Of a stretch of 64,000 nucleotides of DNA, positions 51,272 to 64,000 are shown piece after piece. The DNA is from Squalus acanthias (taxonomy: Eukaryota), in NCBI GenBank assembly GCA_030390025.1, contig CM059431.1, positions 157,978,001-158,042,000 of the forward strand. The letters are read 5' to 3'. The first letter of the stretch is position 1. Each line of letters starts with the position of its first letter. A program made the position numbers and the translations under genes. Under the pieces are notes generated by a model, which did no database searches, was not told the DNA's origin, and was given only the letters and a program-made list of their open reading frames with translations.

Positions 51272-54134
51272 GTATGTAGTGCCCAATTATAACTTGCAAA
51301 AGATCGTGCTTAATGTTAGAGTAAAAAGGTTCTTTATTTATGGCGAGGACATTATTTTAAGTTTGGGTGTGAGGATGACATTCTACATGGGCGGGTAAAC
51401 AAAACAGGCGGATTTGCATTTGCCGACCTTTATAAAACACGCCTCGTATTCAATTCTATTCAAGGTTATTCGGGCGCAGTGTGCAAAAGGAGATCGATGA
51501 ATACCGCCTGCAGAACAACTTCGACAAAAACGGGCGTAATCGCCTCTGAACATAGAAATTTAAGAGGGGACGTGAAAAGGAAAATAAAGGGGGCAAAGAT
51601 GAAGCATGAGAATAGATTGGCAACTAAAATAAATATGAATCCAAAAGATTCTATAGGCATATAAATAACAAACAGTTAGTAAGAGAAGGGTTGGGCCCGA
51701 CTAGGGACCAAAAAGAGACCTACGCACGCAGCCAGAGGGCATGGCTCAGATACTAAATGTGTACTTTGCATCTAACTTTCCAAGGAAGAAAATGCTGTAA
51801 AGGTCAAAGTGAAAGAGGAGGTAGTCGCAATTACTGGATGGGATATAAATTGAGAAAGAGGAGGTAGTAGAAAGGCTTGCTGACCGGCTGGTATGAATCC
51901 TTGGATGCTGAGGGAGGTAAGGGTGAAAATTGAGCAGGTACTGGCCATAATCTTCCAATCCTACTTTGAAACGGTGTAGGTGCCAGTGGACTGGAAAATT
52001 TGAAAAGTTGCACATTTGTTCAAAGGAACGTGTACGTTTAAATCGAGCAACTACAAACCAGTCAGCTAACCTCTTTAATGATTAAGCTTTTAGAAGCGAT
52101 AAATCTTTTCAAAATTAACAGCTACTTCGACAAGTGTGAATTGATTATGGAAAATCAACACTGATTTTAGAAAAGCAAATCCTGTTTAACTAAATTGATT
52201 CATTTTTCTGATGCGGTAACAGAGAAACGTGGGGGCTGGATGGGTTGGGCTGGTGAGGGGATTGCGGTTTTCGTCGTGTAAATGGTTTTCCAAAAGCCGT
52301 TTGGTAAATTGCCGCTTAATAGGCTTGACAGCAAAGTTGAAACTCATGGAATAAAAGGGAAAGTGTCAGCATCGATACCAAATTGGCTTAATTACAGGAA
52401 ACAGATAGTATTGGGGAACGGTTGTCTTTCGGACTGGAGGAAGGTCTTCCCCTTGTGTCGGTACAAGGGCCACTGAGTTTCTGGATATATAGTTAAGATT
52501 TGGACTTGGGTGTTCCGGACACAAGTTAAAAAATTTGAAGATCACATAATACTTGGAAGCTATAGTGAAAAGTGAAAAGAAAAGTGATAGACTTTAATAG
52601 GACATAGACTGGCCGGTGGAATAGGCGGACACGTGGCAGAAACAAATTAACGCAGAAACGTGCGAAATGATACATTTAGGCAGGAAGAACGAGGAGAGGC
52701 AATATAAAATAAAGGTAACAATTCTAAAAGGGCTGCATGATCAGAGAGACCTGAGGGTATATTTGCACAAATCGTTGAAGCTATCAGGGCTGTTTGAGAA
52801 AGAGGCTAAAAAGCTTATGGGAGACTGGGCTTCATAAATAGAGAAATAGAGGACAAAAGCAAGGTCGTTATAAAGAATATTTATTAAACACTGCCTCGAT
52901 CTGAACTGGTGCATTTTGTCCAATTCTGGGACCGCACTTTAGAAAGAATATGAAGGCGTTAGAGAGAGTGCAGAAAAGATTTACAAGAATGGTTCCAGGG
53001 ATGATGGACTTTGGTTATTTGCTCTCCTGGAGAAGCTGGTTGCGTTCTCCTTAGAGCAGAGAAGGTTGAGAGGAGATTTAATTGTCGAACTGTACTAGCT
53101 ACAGTCATGTCTAAGCTAAATTATGTCTCTTTGTGCTATTATTTTCGATTGATAATAAAAACTATTTCCCCAAAGATAGATTCCTGTACTCGGTGTATTG
53201 ATATCCGTAAAGTTTAGGGTGACTGCCTGTTGGCTTCACAATATTTCCATTTCTCAGTTCCTGTTTCACAATTTAGTCTTCCTTGGAATAATGAAGGAAA
53301 AATTAGAAGAACAAATGAAGTTATGTTTAATTTTTCATACTATTAATCTCTGTATGTTATTTATTAGCTCTTCAGACAAAAATGTGAAAGGCACGACTAT
53401 GTCTAATTGTTCAACAGCATCTGTTGATTCCAAGGCATTAAATCTAACCTGGAGTCTCAGATCATCGTCAGGAACAATTATAAGTTAATATTCTGGACAT
53501 GCACTTCCATATGAATATTTCCTGGTACTTTATCCATGCTGTTGTGAGCTTCAGATTCGTTTCCTCAAACGGTCTTTGGGCCTAGGCCGTCATTAACTCC
53601 AGCTTGTCCAAAGCTCTATTGCTTCAATTCAAATTCACCCTCAGTTCCCTAAACCAATTAGTCACTGACTTACGTTCACTTCTTATCCCAAGTAGATCAT
53701 GTGTGAAATGGTCATACACATCTTCAACTAAATCTACGGCCGCACCCAGCTTATCCCTGCGACTTCGTAACATCCCCTCTGTTACACACCTCTCCCTCGC
53801 TGTGGTCTACAGTGTATCGGTTCTTCTGCTCTGCCCTCCAGGCAAAGATGTCAATCCCACTGACTCCGTTCCTAAGGGACCTCCTCTTTCTACTTCTTCC
53901 TTACTTGAACCAGCCTTCGAATTTTGCAAGGACTGGGTCTTTCTTCCTAACTATACCAAAAAGATATAACATTAAAACCTAATTGCTCCGCTGTGAGGCT
54001 CCACTGACGGTTTCACTGCCTGAAAGGCTTTTATAAAACGCTGTTGCTATATCATTTGGTCCAGAGTATTGATTGTTTTATAGCGGGCACAGTATTTTAA
54101 TCTGTTCTCATTTACATCTTGACATTATATTCAG

Positions 54135-54295
54135 ATACTAAAACTTTACTGATGCTGAAGAACTACACGGATATCCAGCTGCGGAGAATTATCGAGTGCT
54201 ACCGTCAGAGACTAGAACATTCAATTGAAGAATTCGTGGAGTCTGTCAGTCAGAATCTTTTTGAAGTAAAAGTGTTTACTGAAACAGATCATGAG
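54135..54295 (+). CDS. CARD-like module 2, exon A (DTKTLLMLKNYTDIQLRRIIECYRQRLEHSIEEFVESVSQNLFEVKVFTETDHE)
   Basis: ttcAG| ... GAG|GTATGC; 161 bp; open. Confidence 0.85.
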
Positions 54296-56122
54296 GTATG
54301 CAATAAATATGGTGAAATTTCATAGTGTTAAATGAGTCATGAGTCAGAGTTAGATTATCTTTATTCCGTACAACCCAGCGATGTAAGCAGTACTCAATAG
54401 TGACATTGAGATTGAGTCCGCTGTCAATGAAACAACATTTTAAGTGCTCCTCTGAGATATATATCTGGTAAGTTTATTTGTTCTTGAATCTTCAATTAAT
54501 GCATTAAATAATGAGAAAACAGCATCTCATGGTTGAACTATGTTTGCTTCATGGCAGCGTCCGAGATCCAAATATCGTTAAGTGCTTCTTCAATGGCCAT
54601 CCTTCATGTGGTCAGCATTGGGGCTAGTCACTGATGATTGCACAGTGTTCAGCTCCATTTGCAATTCCCCCAATAATGAAGTAGTCGATCCCCGTATGAA
54701 GCTAGACTTGGACAACATCCAGGTTTCTCCGGATAAGTTACTAGTAACATTTGCGCAACTCAAGTTCCAGGGAATGACCATCTCCGCAAAGAGATAGTCA
54801 CTTCATCTCTCCCTGATATTTAATGGAATTACCATTGGCGAATCGTTCAGCATCAACATCCTGGAGTACAAGAGAAAAAACAGCTCTGTGAATTCACTGT
54901 GAAACGCACAGCTGTTAAGGTAATTCCAGTGTCCACATTTCTGCAGTGGATGGATTTACTCCAGTTTCTGAAAGTGGACATACAGGGCGTCCTATCAATT
55001 GATCAATTACCCTAAATTAATGGATTGCAAGGGCCAAGCCCAGACGAATCGAAATTAATATTTTAAGAAGAGATCACTAGAAGCACTACCATCATGCGTC
55101 CTCAGCATAGCCCCAGTGGAAAACATGGAGCAAGTTGAAACTTCCAATAGCGACATACTTCTAATATCACATGATAAATTTACTGATGTTTAAAAGCTAA
55201 GCTGTCGGAATTAAACACCATGAGTTTCCGTCCATTCTCTATCAAAGGAACCCTGTTTTTCCAGTGAGCCATCTGATTGGCTTTAGCCATGCCGGTGGTG
55301 CGGATGTCTAGAAATTTGCAGTGAACGTATCTAAATCTTTGCTTCGATTTCTCTGCTCCTTTGCAATTCACAGCATGGCTGCCTCTCTCTGCCTTTCTAA
55401 TACCTTCCCTGCCACAATTTTTACATCGAACTAACCACTTTCTTATTTTTAATCTCAAACAATCTGCATTATCTCATGAATCACCAAGGAGTCGCAACAT
55501 TCTTCCAGTGTATGGGATATGCAACCTACTGCCTTGACTCCTGGTTAGCTCAGGTCATACCCCTTTTTGGACTCACTGCTCAGCGTTGTCACTAATACTG
55601 GCCTCTCCTCAGTCTTCATCCTCTGACGTAAAGACTGCCATAATGACCAATTCCATTAAAAAAAAATCTCTGGACTCATCTATAATGATCACATGCTCGG
55701 TTTTCCGAATATCTCCTACAATTACCTAACACATGTACATACAAAGCATTCCGAATATAGCTGGTTAGTTGAAGGCACAGATTGTCAGGGGATATGCTAT
55801 AAATTATGATGTACAGACATTAATAGTTTATCTGGCTTAGGTAAGGACAGGATTAGGAGGGAGGGAGAAGGTAGTATTAAAACATAAAATTACAGCACGG
55901 GAACTCATGGCCGATGTAAACAATGCTTCGCCAAATTAACCCATAAATTTGAGGTTTCAAACTAATAAAGGATATATTATTATGCATCGAATAGTGGGAA
56001 ATGGATAGAGGAACAGTTATAGAGAAAATGTGAGAAAGTGCAGCAATAACAGTAACATGGTTATTGGTTATTTTAATATCCAAAGGATAGAAGTAAAATA
56101 AGTGTTGGAAAACGGCATGTTA

Positions 56123-58528
56123 CATAGATACATAGATACATAGACAATAGGAGCAGGAGTAGGCCATCCGGCCCTTCGAGCCTGCTCCGCCATTTAATGA
56201 GATCATGGCTGATCCTCCAATTCAGTATCCCGTCACCGCCTTCTCTCCGTAACCCTTAACCCCTTTTGCCTGTAGAAATATATCTAATTCCCTCTTAAAT
56301 ATATTTAATGAGCTGGCGTACACTGCCCTCTGTGGCAATGAGTTCCACAGGTTCACCACCCTCTGAGTGAAGAAATTCCCCCTCATTTCTGTCCTAAATG
56401 GTTTAGCCCTTATCCTTAAATTATGTCCTCATGTCTGTTCTCACCCGCCAAGGGAAACATTCCTTCTGCATCTAGTCTGTCTAGACCTGTCAGAATTTTA
56501 TACACTTCTATGAGGTCCCCTCTCAATCTTCTAAACTCCAGTGTGTACATCCCTAAACTACATAGTCTCTCCTCATAGGTCAATCCCGCCATTCCTGGTA
56601 TCAGCCTGGTGAATCGCCGCTGCACCCCCTCCATGGCAAGAACATCTTTCCTCAGATGAGGCGACCAAAACTGTACACAGTACTCGAGGTGTGGTCTCAC
56701 CAGTGCCCTGTACAGCTGCAGCAAGGTATCCCTGTTCCTGTATTCCAACCCTTTTGCTATGAAGGCCAGCATACCGTTTGCCTTCTTGACCGCCTGTTGC
56801 ACCTGCATGCTCGCCTTCAGTGACTGGTGTACAAGAACACCCAGGTCTCTCTGTACTTCCCCCTCTCCCAATTTATTGCCATTTAAATAATAATTTGCCC
56901 TCCCGTTCCTGCACCCAAGGTGGATAACTTCGCACTTGTCCACATTATAGTGCATCTGCCATTTATCCACCCAATCACCCAGTCTGTCCAAATCGCTCTG
57001 GAGCTTCCTGGTCTCCCCCTCTGAGCCCACCCCCCCCGCCCCCCCCCTCCTAGTTTAGTGTCGTCTGCAAATTTGGAAATGCTGCATCCGACTCCCTGAT
57101 CCAGGTCATTAATGTAAATTGTGAACAGCTGGGGACCCAGGACAGATCCCTGTGGTACCCCACTTGTTACTGCCTGCCATTCAGAAAATGAGCCGTTTAT
57201 TCCAACTCTCTGTTTTCTATCTGACAGCCAGTTCTCTATCCACGTCAATACTTTCCCCTTTATCCCATGAGCTTCAATTTTCCATGCTAATCTTTTATGT
57301 GGGACCTTATCGAAGGCCTTTTGGAAGTCCAGGTACACCACATCTACTGGCTCTCCCCCATCTATTTTACCAGTTACTCCCTCAAAAAATTCCAATAGAT
57401 TAGTCAAGCACGATTTACCCTTTGTAAATCCATGTTGACTCTGTCCTATCCTGTCCCCATTTGCTAAGTGCTCCGCTATTTCATCCTTAATGATGGACTC
57501 CAGCATTTTGCCCACAACTGATGTAAGGCTTACAGGTCTGTAATTACCTGCTTTTTCCCTACCCCCCTTTTTGAATAGTGGGGTAACGTTAGCTACCCTC
57601 CAATCCATGGGCACTGTTCCCGAGTCTAATGAATTCTGAAAAATCATACTTAGTGGATCCGCTATCTCTAGGGCCACCTCCTTCAGTACCCTAGGATGCA
57701 TGTTATCAGGCCCTGGGGATTTGTCCACCTTCAATCCCTTTAACTTCCTTAACACCATATCCTTAGAGATATTGATTTGCGTCAGTTCCTCCTTTGCCAA
57801 TGTCCCTATTTTTCCCGATATCCCAGGGAGGTTTTTTGTGTCTTCCTTCGTAAAGACTGACCCAAAGTATGCATTTAGTTGGTCTGCCATTTCCTTATTT
57901 CCCGTTATATATTCCCCCGTATCTGACTGCAATGGACCAACTTTGGTTTTCACCAGTCTTTTCCTCTTGATATACTTATGAAAGCTTTTGGAGTTAGTTT
58001 TTATATTTTCCGCCAGCTTGCTTTCGTAAGCTATTTTGCCCCTCTTGATTAAGCCCTTTGTCCTCCTTTGCTCTATCTTAAACTGTTCCCAATCTTCCGC
58101 TCTGGCGCTTTTTTTGGCTATTTTATACGCCCTATCTTTGGATTTTATGCTGCCTCTAATTTCCCCTGTTATCCACGGTTGAGTCACCTTTTTAGATTTA
58201 CTTTTATGCCAGATTGGTATAAACAATTTTTGCAATTTTGTCATTCTATCTTTAAATGCTTGCCATTGTTTATCTACCTCCAGTCCTCCCAGGAACGTTG
58301 TCCAATCAGACCTACTCAGTTCCCGTCTAATTGCATCATAATTCCCCTTGTTTAAATTCAGGACCTTAGTCTCTGAGTCAATTTCTTCGCTCTCCATTTC
58401 GAGTGAGAAATCGATCATGTTATGATCGCTCTGACCCAAGGGTCCCCGTACAACAAGATTACTAATTAGTCCCTTCTCATTGCACAGTACCCAGTCCAAT
58501 ATAGCCTGTTCCCGAGTTGGTTCCTCGA
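56123..58528 (-). mobile_element. 5'-truncated CR1 inserted in the A-B intron of unit 2, with 7-bp TSD catgtta
   Basis: ORFs 56883-58499 and 56416-57030, frameshifted at a C/G run near 57030-57050. TSD at 56116-56122 and 58529-58535. Unit 1 has the empty site (gcatggtatttgcagcc, ~49749). Confidence 0.92.
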
Positions 58529-59848
58529 CATGTTATTCGCAGCCTGTCCGTTACGTTGTTTAGATTGATATGGTTTTATGAAAAAAAGGAAGGAATGATT
58601 ATTGGATCCATTTCAAGAAACGGGGAGGGCATTGTAGGTGATGTACGGGTAGTGGAAAATCCAGGAAAATATATCATCGGGATTCATATGAATCGTAAAA
58701 GCTAACGGGACAGTCAAAGCAATATTCATTTTACAGGAATAAAATTAATTTTAACGAAACTAAAATACTAGAAATTATTGGCACGTTAATGATCAGAAAA
58801 AGCAGCGGCGAAGCAATACGAAACTGGCAAATAATAGAAGATTGCCATAGCTGACACACAAATTACACGAGAATAAAAGAGTCGCAGCACAGACGAGAAC
58901 AGCTTGGACGAGCATAGAAAATCATCCAAAAATGAGATTTTAAAATAATTAAAGGGTAGTAGGGCTGATTATGTAAAACAAATCAAGGAAACATGGAGAA
59001 TATGAAATAGACGCAAAAACGTTCAGAATTTATGAAAGGAATGTGTGGCAAGTACCACAATTGGAGACAATTATCATATTTCATAAACTTCTCAAAAGTA
59101 CTTAAACAAAGGACAGAGCTGTCTGGAGATGAAAATTACATGGTTCATATAGAGCATGAAGAAGTTACTGATAAGCTTTTGCTACTGTTTCGATGAATGA
59201 AGGTGATACTTGGAATGAATGAAAGGCTCATTGAAGTACATAGCATGAAAATCGGACGCGGCATAAAGTGGGCCACTGATCCCCTTTCAGCGCCTTTCGT
59301 GCAACTGGCCAACAAAAAATTTCTCACACATTTTTATATTTTTCAATTTCTGCAATTTGAGTTTCTGAAACCACGTTGTGAGCTTATGGAAAATTAGTGT
59401 TACTATCAACCAATAATGCTTGATTTTGGTTGAATCCTAATGCTGCAAACTTAACTTTTCCCATTCTCTTCAGCACTTTATCCTTTTCCTTCTATTAGCT
59501 GAGAATTTAGAATTGCCCTGGATGGCTCAACGATGCTCCTCTCTATCTCTGCAACTCTCCCTGATCACTGTGCTCATCCGATTCTGGGCATTTGCTCATC
59601 CCCGATTTTCTTCACCTCACAATTGGCAGCAGATCCTTCAGCAGTCGTGGCCCTAAGCTCTGAAATTCCTTCGCTAATCCTTTCCTGTAAGAAGCTCCTT
59701 AAATCTTACCACATTGACCAAGCTTCTGCTCACCCGATTGTGAGATTTTCTATTCATTCATTTCATAAAGAGAGGGAGAAATAGAAAAGACGTTTAAATA
59801 TCTGATATTATATTATTTGGCTCAATATGATTGCAATTTTTTTTTTAG

Positions 59849-60047
59849 AAAATCAGATCTCTCGCTGAAAGTCAGCGCAGAAACGACGCTTCCAGATACA
59901 TTTTCAATACCGTGCTGGAAAAGGGAGCTCGGGGAAAAAGGAGAATGTGGAACATATTTCTTCAGCTTCAGAACACCAAACCCCAGCTGAAAGCAATACT
60001 TTCAGAGATACCGAACAATGATACATGGTTAGAAAATAATCTGGAAG
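59849..60047 (+). CDS. CARD-like module 2, exon B (KIRSLAESQRRNDASRYIFNTVLEKGARGKRRMWNIFLQLQNTKPQLKAILSEIPNNDTWLENNLE)
   Basis: Poly-T AG| ... GAAG|GTATGT; 199 bp; open. Confidence 0.85.
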
Positions 60048-62894
60048 GTATGTGGTGTCCAAATCTAACTTGCAAAAGACCGTGTTTACTGACAGAGTAA
60101 CAACGTTTATTATTTATGGCGAGGACCTTATTTTAAGTTATTTTGTGAGGACGAAATTCTACATGTGCGGGTGAACACAACAGGCGGATTCGCATATGTC
60201 GAACACTTTAAAGCACGCCCGGTATTCAGTTTTATTCAAGGTTATTCGTGCGCAGTGTACAATAGGCGATCTATGCAATACCGCCTGACGTATAGCTTCG
60301 CCGAAAACGGGCGATAACGCATTTGAACATAGAAATTTAAGAGGGGAAGTGAAAAAGTAAATAAATATGGCAAAGAGAGAATTTGAGAATAGACTGGCAG
60401 CTAACAAAGAAAGGAATCCAAAAGTCTTATATAGGCATACAAATAATAAAGAGGTAGTAAGAGAAGGGTTGGGGCCGACGAGTGAACAAAAAGGAGATCT
60501 ACGTATACAGGCAGAAGGCATGGCTGAGTTAATAAATGAGCACATTGCATCTGACTTTACCAAGGAAGAAGATGCTGTCAACGTTACAGAGAAAGAGGAG
60601 GTAGTTGCAATACTGAATGGGATAAACAATGATAAAGAGCTGGTACTACAAATGCCGGCTGACTGGATGGGAGAATTCCTCGGATGCTGAGGGAGGTAAT
60701 GGTAAATATGCGAAGTTACTGGCCATAATCTTCCTTTCATCCTTCGATACGGGGAAGTTGCCAGGGGACTGCAGCATTGCAAATGTTACATCCTTTTTCA
60801 AAAGTGGGTGTAAATATAAACGAAGCATCTACAGAACAGTCATTTTAACCACGGCAAAGGGGAAGCCTTTAGAAGTGACAAATCGGGACAAAATTAACAG
60901 TCGCTTCGACAAGTGTGGATTGTTTAATGAAAGTCAACACGGATTTTTCAAATGTAAATCGTGTGAAACTAATGTTATTGATTTTTTTGATGCGGTAACA
61001 TAGACGGTGGGGTGGTGAGGGCCATGCGGTTGACGTGGGGTACAAGGAATTCCAAAATACTTTTCATAAAGGGCCACTTAATAGGCTTGACAGCAAAGTT
61101 GAAACCAATGGAATAAAAGGGACAGTGGCAGTATCGATGCGAAATTCGCTCAGTGGCAGGAAACAGATAGTATTGGGGAACGGTTGTTTTTCGGACAGGA
61201 GGAAGGTGTTCCCCTGGGGGACGGTACTAGGACCACTGCTTTCCTGGATATATAGTTATGATGTGGACTTGGGTGTACCGGGCACAATTTCAAAATTTGC
61301 AGCTCGCACAATACTTGGAAGTATAGTGAACAGTGAGAAGGAAAGTGATAGACTTCAAGAGGACATAGAAAGGCTGTTGGAATGGGCGGACACGTGGCAG
61401 AATAAATTTAACGCAGAAATGTGCGAAATTATATATTTTTCTGTAGGAAGAACGAGGAGAGGCAATATAAAATAAAGGGTACAATTCTAAATGGAATGCA
61501 TCAGCAGAGAGCGGGGGTACATGTGCACAAATCGTTGAAGGTATCAGATCTGATTGAAGAAGTGGTTAAAAAGCATACGGGAAACTGAGGTTCATAACTA
61601 GAGGAATAGAGTACAAAAGCAGGGAAGTTATAATGATCCTTAATTAAACACTGCCTCGACCTCAACTGGAATATTGTGTCCAATTCTGGGCACTGCACTT
61701 TAGGGAGAATGTGAAGTCCTTAGAGAGAGTGCAGAAAAGATTTAAAATAATTATTCCAGGGATGAGGGACTTTGGTTATGTGGATTGACTGGGCAAGCTG
61801 GTTGTTTTCTCTTTAGTGCCTGATGTTTGAGAGGAGATTTAATTGTGGAACTTTACTAGCTACAATCATGTCTATGCTAAAATATTTGTCTTTGTGTGAT
61901 TATTTTCGATTGATAATTAAATCTATTTTCCCTAAATTTTATTTCCTGTACTCAGTGTACTGATATCCGTAAAGATTAGTGTGACTACCTGTTGGCCTCA
62001 CGATATTTCCATTTCTCAGTTCCTGTTTCACAATTTAGTCATCCTTAAAATAAAGAAGGAAAAATGGAAGCACGAATGCAGTTGCATTTAATGTTTCATA
62101 CTATGAAACTCTGTATGTTATTTATTAGCTCTTCAGGCAAACATGTGAAAGTCACGAGTATGTCAAATTGCTCAACAGCATCAGCTGATTCCAAGAATTT
62201 AAATCAAACCTGCAGTCTCAGATCACCGTCAGGAACAACTATAGGTTATATTTCTGGACATGCACTTCCATGTGAATATATGCTTGTACTTTATCCATGC
62301 TTTTGTGAGCTTTAGACGAGATTCCTCAAACAATTTTTGAGCCTAGCTCATCATAAACTGTAGATTGTCCACAGCTCTATTGCTTCAATTCAAATTCACC
62401 CTCAGTTTTGTAAACCGCTTGATCACTGACTTACATTCACTTCTAATCCCAAATTGATCCTGTGTGAAATGGTCCTACTCATCTTCAACTACATCTACGG
62501 TCCCACCCACCTCATCCCTACAGTCTTCTTAACATCCCCTCTGTTGCACACCTCTCCCTCCCTGTGGTCTCCAGTGTATCGGTTCTTCTGCTCCGCACTC
62601 CAGGCAAATAAGTCAATCCCACTGTCTCCGTTCCTAAGGAACCCCTCTTTCTACTTCTTACTTACTTGAACCAGCCTCCGAATTTTGAAAGGACTTGATC
62701 GTTCCTCCTAACTATACCAAAAAGAGACAACATTCATTCTTAATTCCACCTCTGTGAGGCGCCACTGGCGGTATGACTGCTTGAAAAGCTTTAATTAACG
62801 CTGTTGCTATATCAGTTGGTCCAGAGTATTCATTGTTTTTTAGCGGGCTAAGTATTTTAATCTGTTCTCATTGACACCTTGACGTTAAATTCAG

Positions 62895-63055
62895 ATACTA
62901 AAACATTACTGATGCTGAAGAGCTACACGGATATCCAGCTGCGGAGAATTATGAAGCACCACCGTCAGATTCTAGAACATTCAATTGAAGAATTCGTGGA
63001 GACTGTTAGTCAGACGCTTTTTGATGTAAAAGTATTTACTGAAACTGATTATGAG
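62895..63055 (+). CDS. CARD-like module 3, exon A (DTKTLLMLKSYTDIQLRRIMKHHRQILEHSIEEFVETVSQTLFDVKVFTETDYE)
   Basis: ttcAG| ... GAG|GTATGC; 161 bp; open. The partner exon B is expected beyond the window end. Confidence 0.85.
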
Positions 63056-64000
63056 GTATGCAAAAAATAGGGTGGAATTTCATTGTCTTAATTGAGTCAT
63101 GAGTCAGAGTTAGATTAACTCTATTCCGTGAAACGCAACTATATAAGCATTACTCAATAGTGACTCTGAAATTGAGTCCTTTGCCAATGAAATGAACATT
63201 TTAAGTGCTCCTCTGAGATATATCTCTGGTAAGTTAAATTGTTCCTTAATCTTGAATTATTGCATTAAATAATGAGAGAACAGCATCTCATGGTTCAACT
63301 ATGTTTGCTTCCTGGCAGCGTCCTAGGCCCAAATATCGTTAAGTGCTTCTTCAATGGCCATCCCTCAAGATATCAGAATTGGGGCTAGTCACTGATGATT
63401 GCCCTGTGTTCAGCTCCATTTGCAATTCCCCCAACAATGAAGTAGTACTTCCTCAATTGAAGCTAGACATGGAGAACATACAGGTTTGCCAGGAAAAGTG
63501 ACAATTAAAATTCGCGCAACTCAAGTTCCAGGGAATGACTATCTCCACAAAGAGAGAGTCACATCATCTCTCCCTGATATTTAATGGAATTACCATCGGC
63601 GAATCGGCCACCATCAACATCCTGGAGGACAGGACTAAAACCAGCTCTGTGAATTCACTGTGAAACATGCGGCTGTTAAGGTAATTCCAAAGGCCGCATT
63701 TTTGCAGGGAATGGATTTAGTCCAGTTTCTGAAAGGGCGTCCTATCAAATGATCAATTGCCCCAAATTACAGGATTGCACGGGCCAAACCCAGACGAATC
63801 GAAATTAATATTTTAGTAAGAGACCACTAGCAGAACTACCATCATGCGTCCTCAGCATAGCCCCAGTGGAAAACCTGGAGATAGATAAAACTTGTAATAG
63901 CGACATACTTCTAATATCACATGAAGAAATTAAATGACGTTTAAAAGCTAAGCTGCCGCAATTAAAGTCCATGAATTTCCGTCCATTCTCTATCAAAGGA

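Larger units (their letters stand above)
44974..64000 (+). repeat. Tandem array of ~6.35-kb intragenic units starting near 44974 (internally deleted), 46732, 53092 and 61854
   Basis: Each unit begins near tact.g.taca.tcatgtc.a.gctaaa. Exon A spacing is 6361 bp and 8760 bp; the latter is 6347 bp after removing a 2413-bp CR1 insertion plus TSD. Each complete unit ends in the same decayed + strand CR1 (45716-46730, ~51470-53085, ~60250-61845). Confidence 0.92.

Noticed and set aside
47774..63055. Naming the gene NLRC3, NLRP3, NOD1/2, ASC or a caspase
   Set aside because: No NACHT, LRR, PYD or protease domain lies in the window, so orthology cannot be assigned and no symbol is given.

Overview
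Repeat-dense vertebrate DNA, most likely from a cartilaginous fish (shark/ray). This is inferred from the HE1/V-SINE, Deu-type SINEs, CR1 LINEs with (ATAGAAAC)n-type tails and Penelope elements. Bases 1-41.3 kb are mostly nested mobile elements: CR1 LINEs (one young copy with an uninterrupted 951-aa ORF2), a second LINE family, Penelope elements with hammerhead-ribozyme motifs, SINEs, TIR-bounded non-autonomous elements and two tandem repeats. They sit around a thrice-duplicated block that carries a TATA/CCAAT promoter-like head. The main result is at 44.4-64 kb on the + strand, where the ORF track shows only fragments. A spliced gene can be assembled in frame: a leader exon encoding a hydrophobic signal-peptide-like N-terminus, then a tandem array of ~6.35-kb genomic units. 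Each unit carries a 161-bp and a 199-bp exon that together encode one 120-aa CARD-like death-fold module with phase-1 boundaries on both sides. Two complete modules and the first half of a third are present, one further unit has lost both exons, and the gene runs off the right edge. All coordinates and counts were read by eye; no searches were run.
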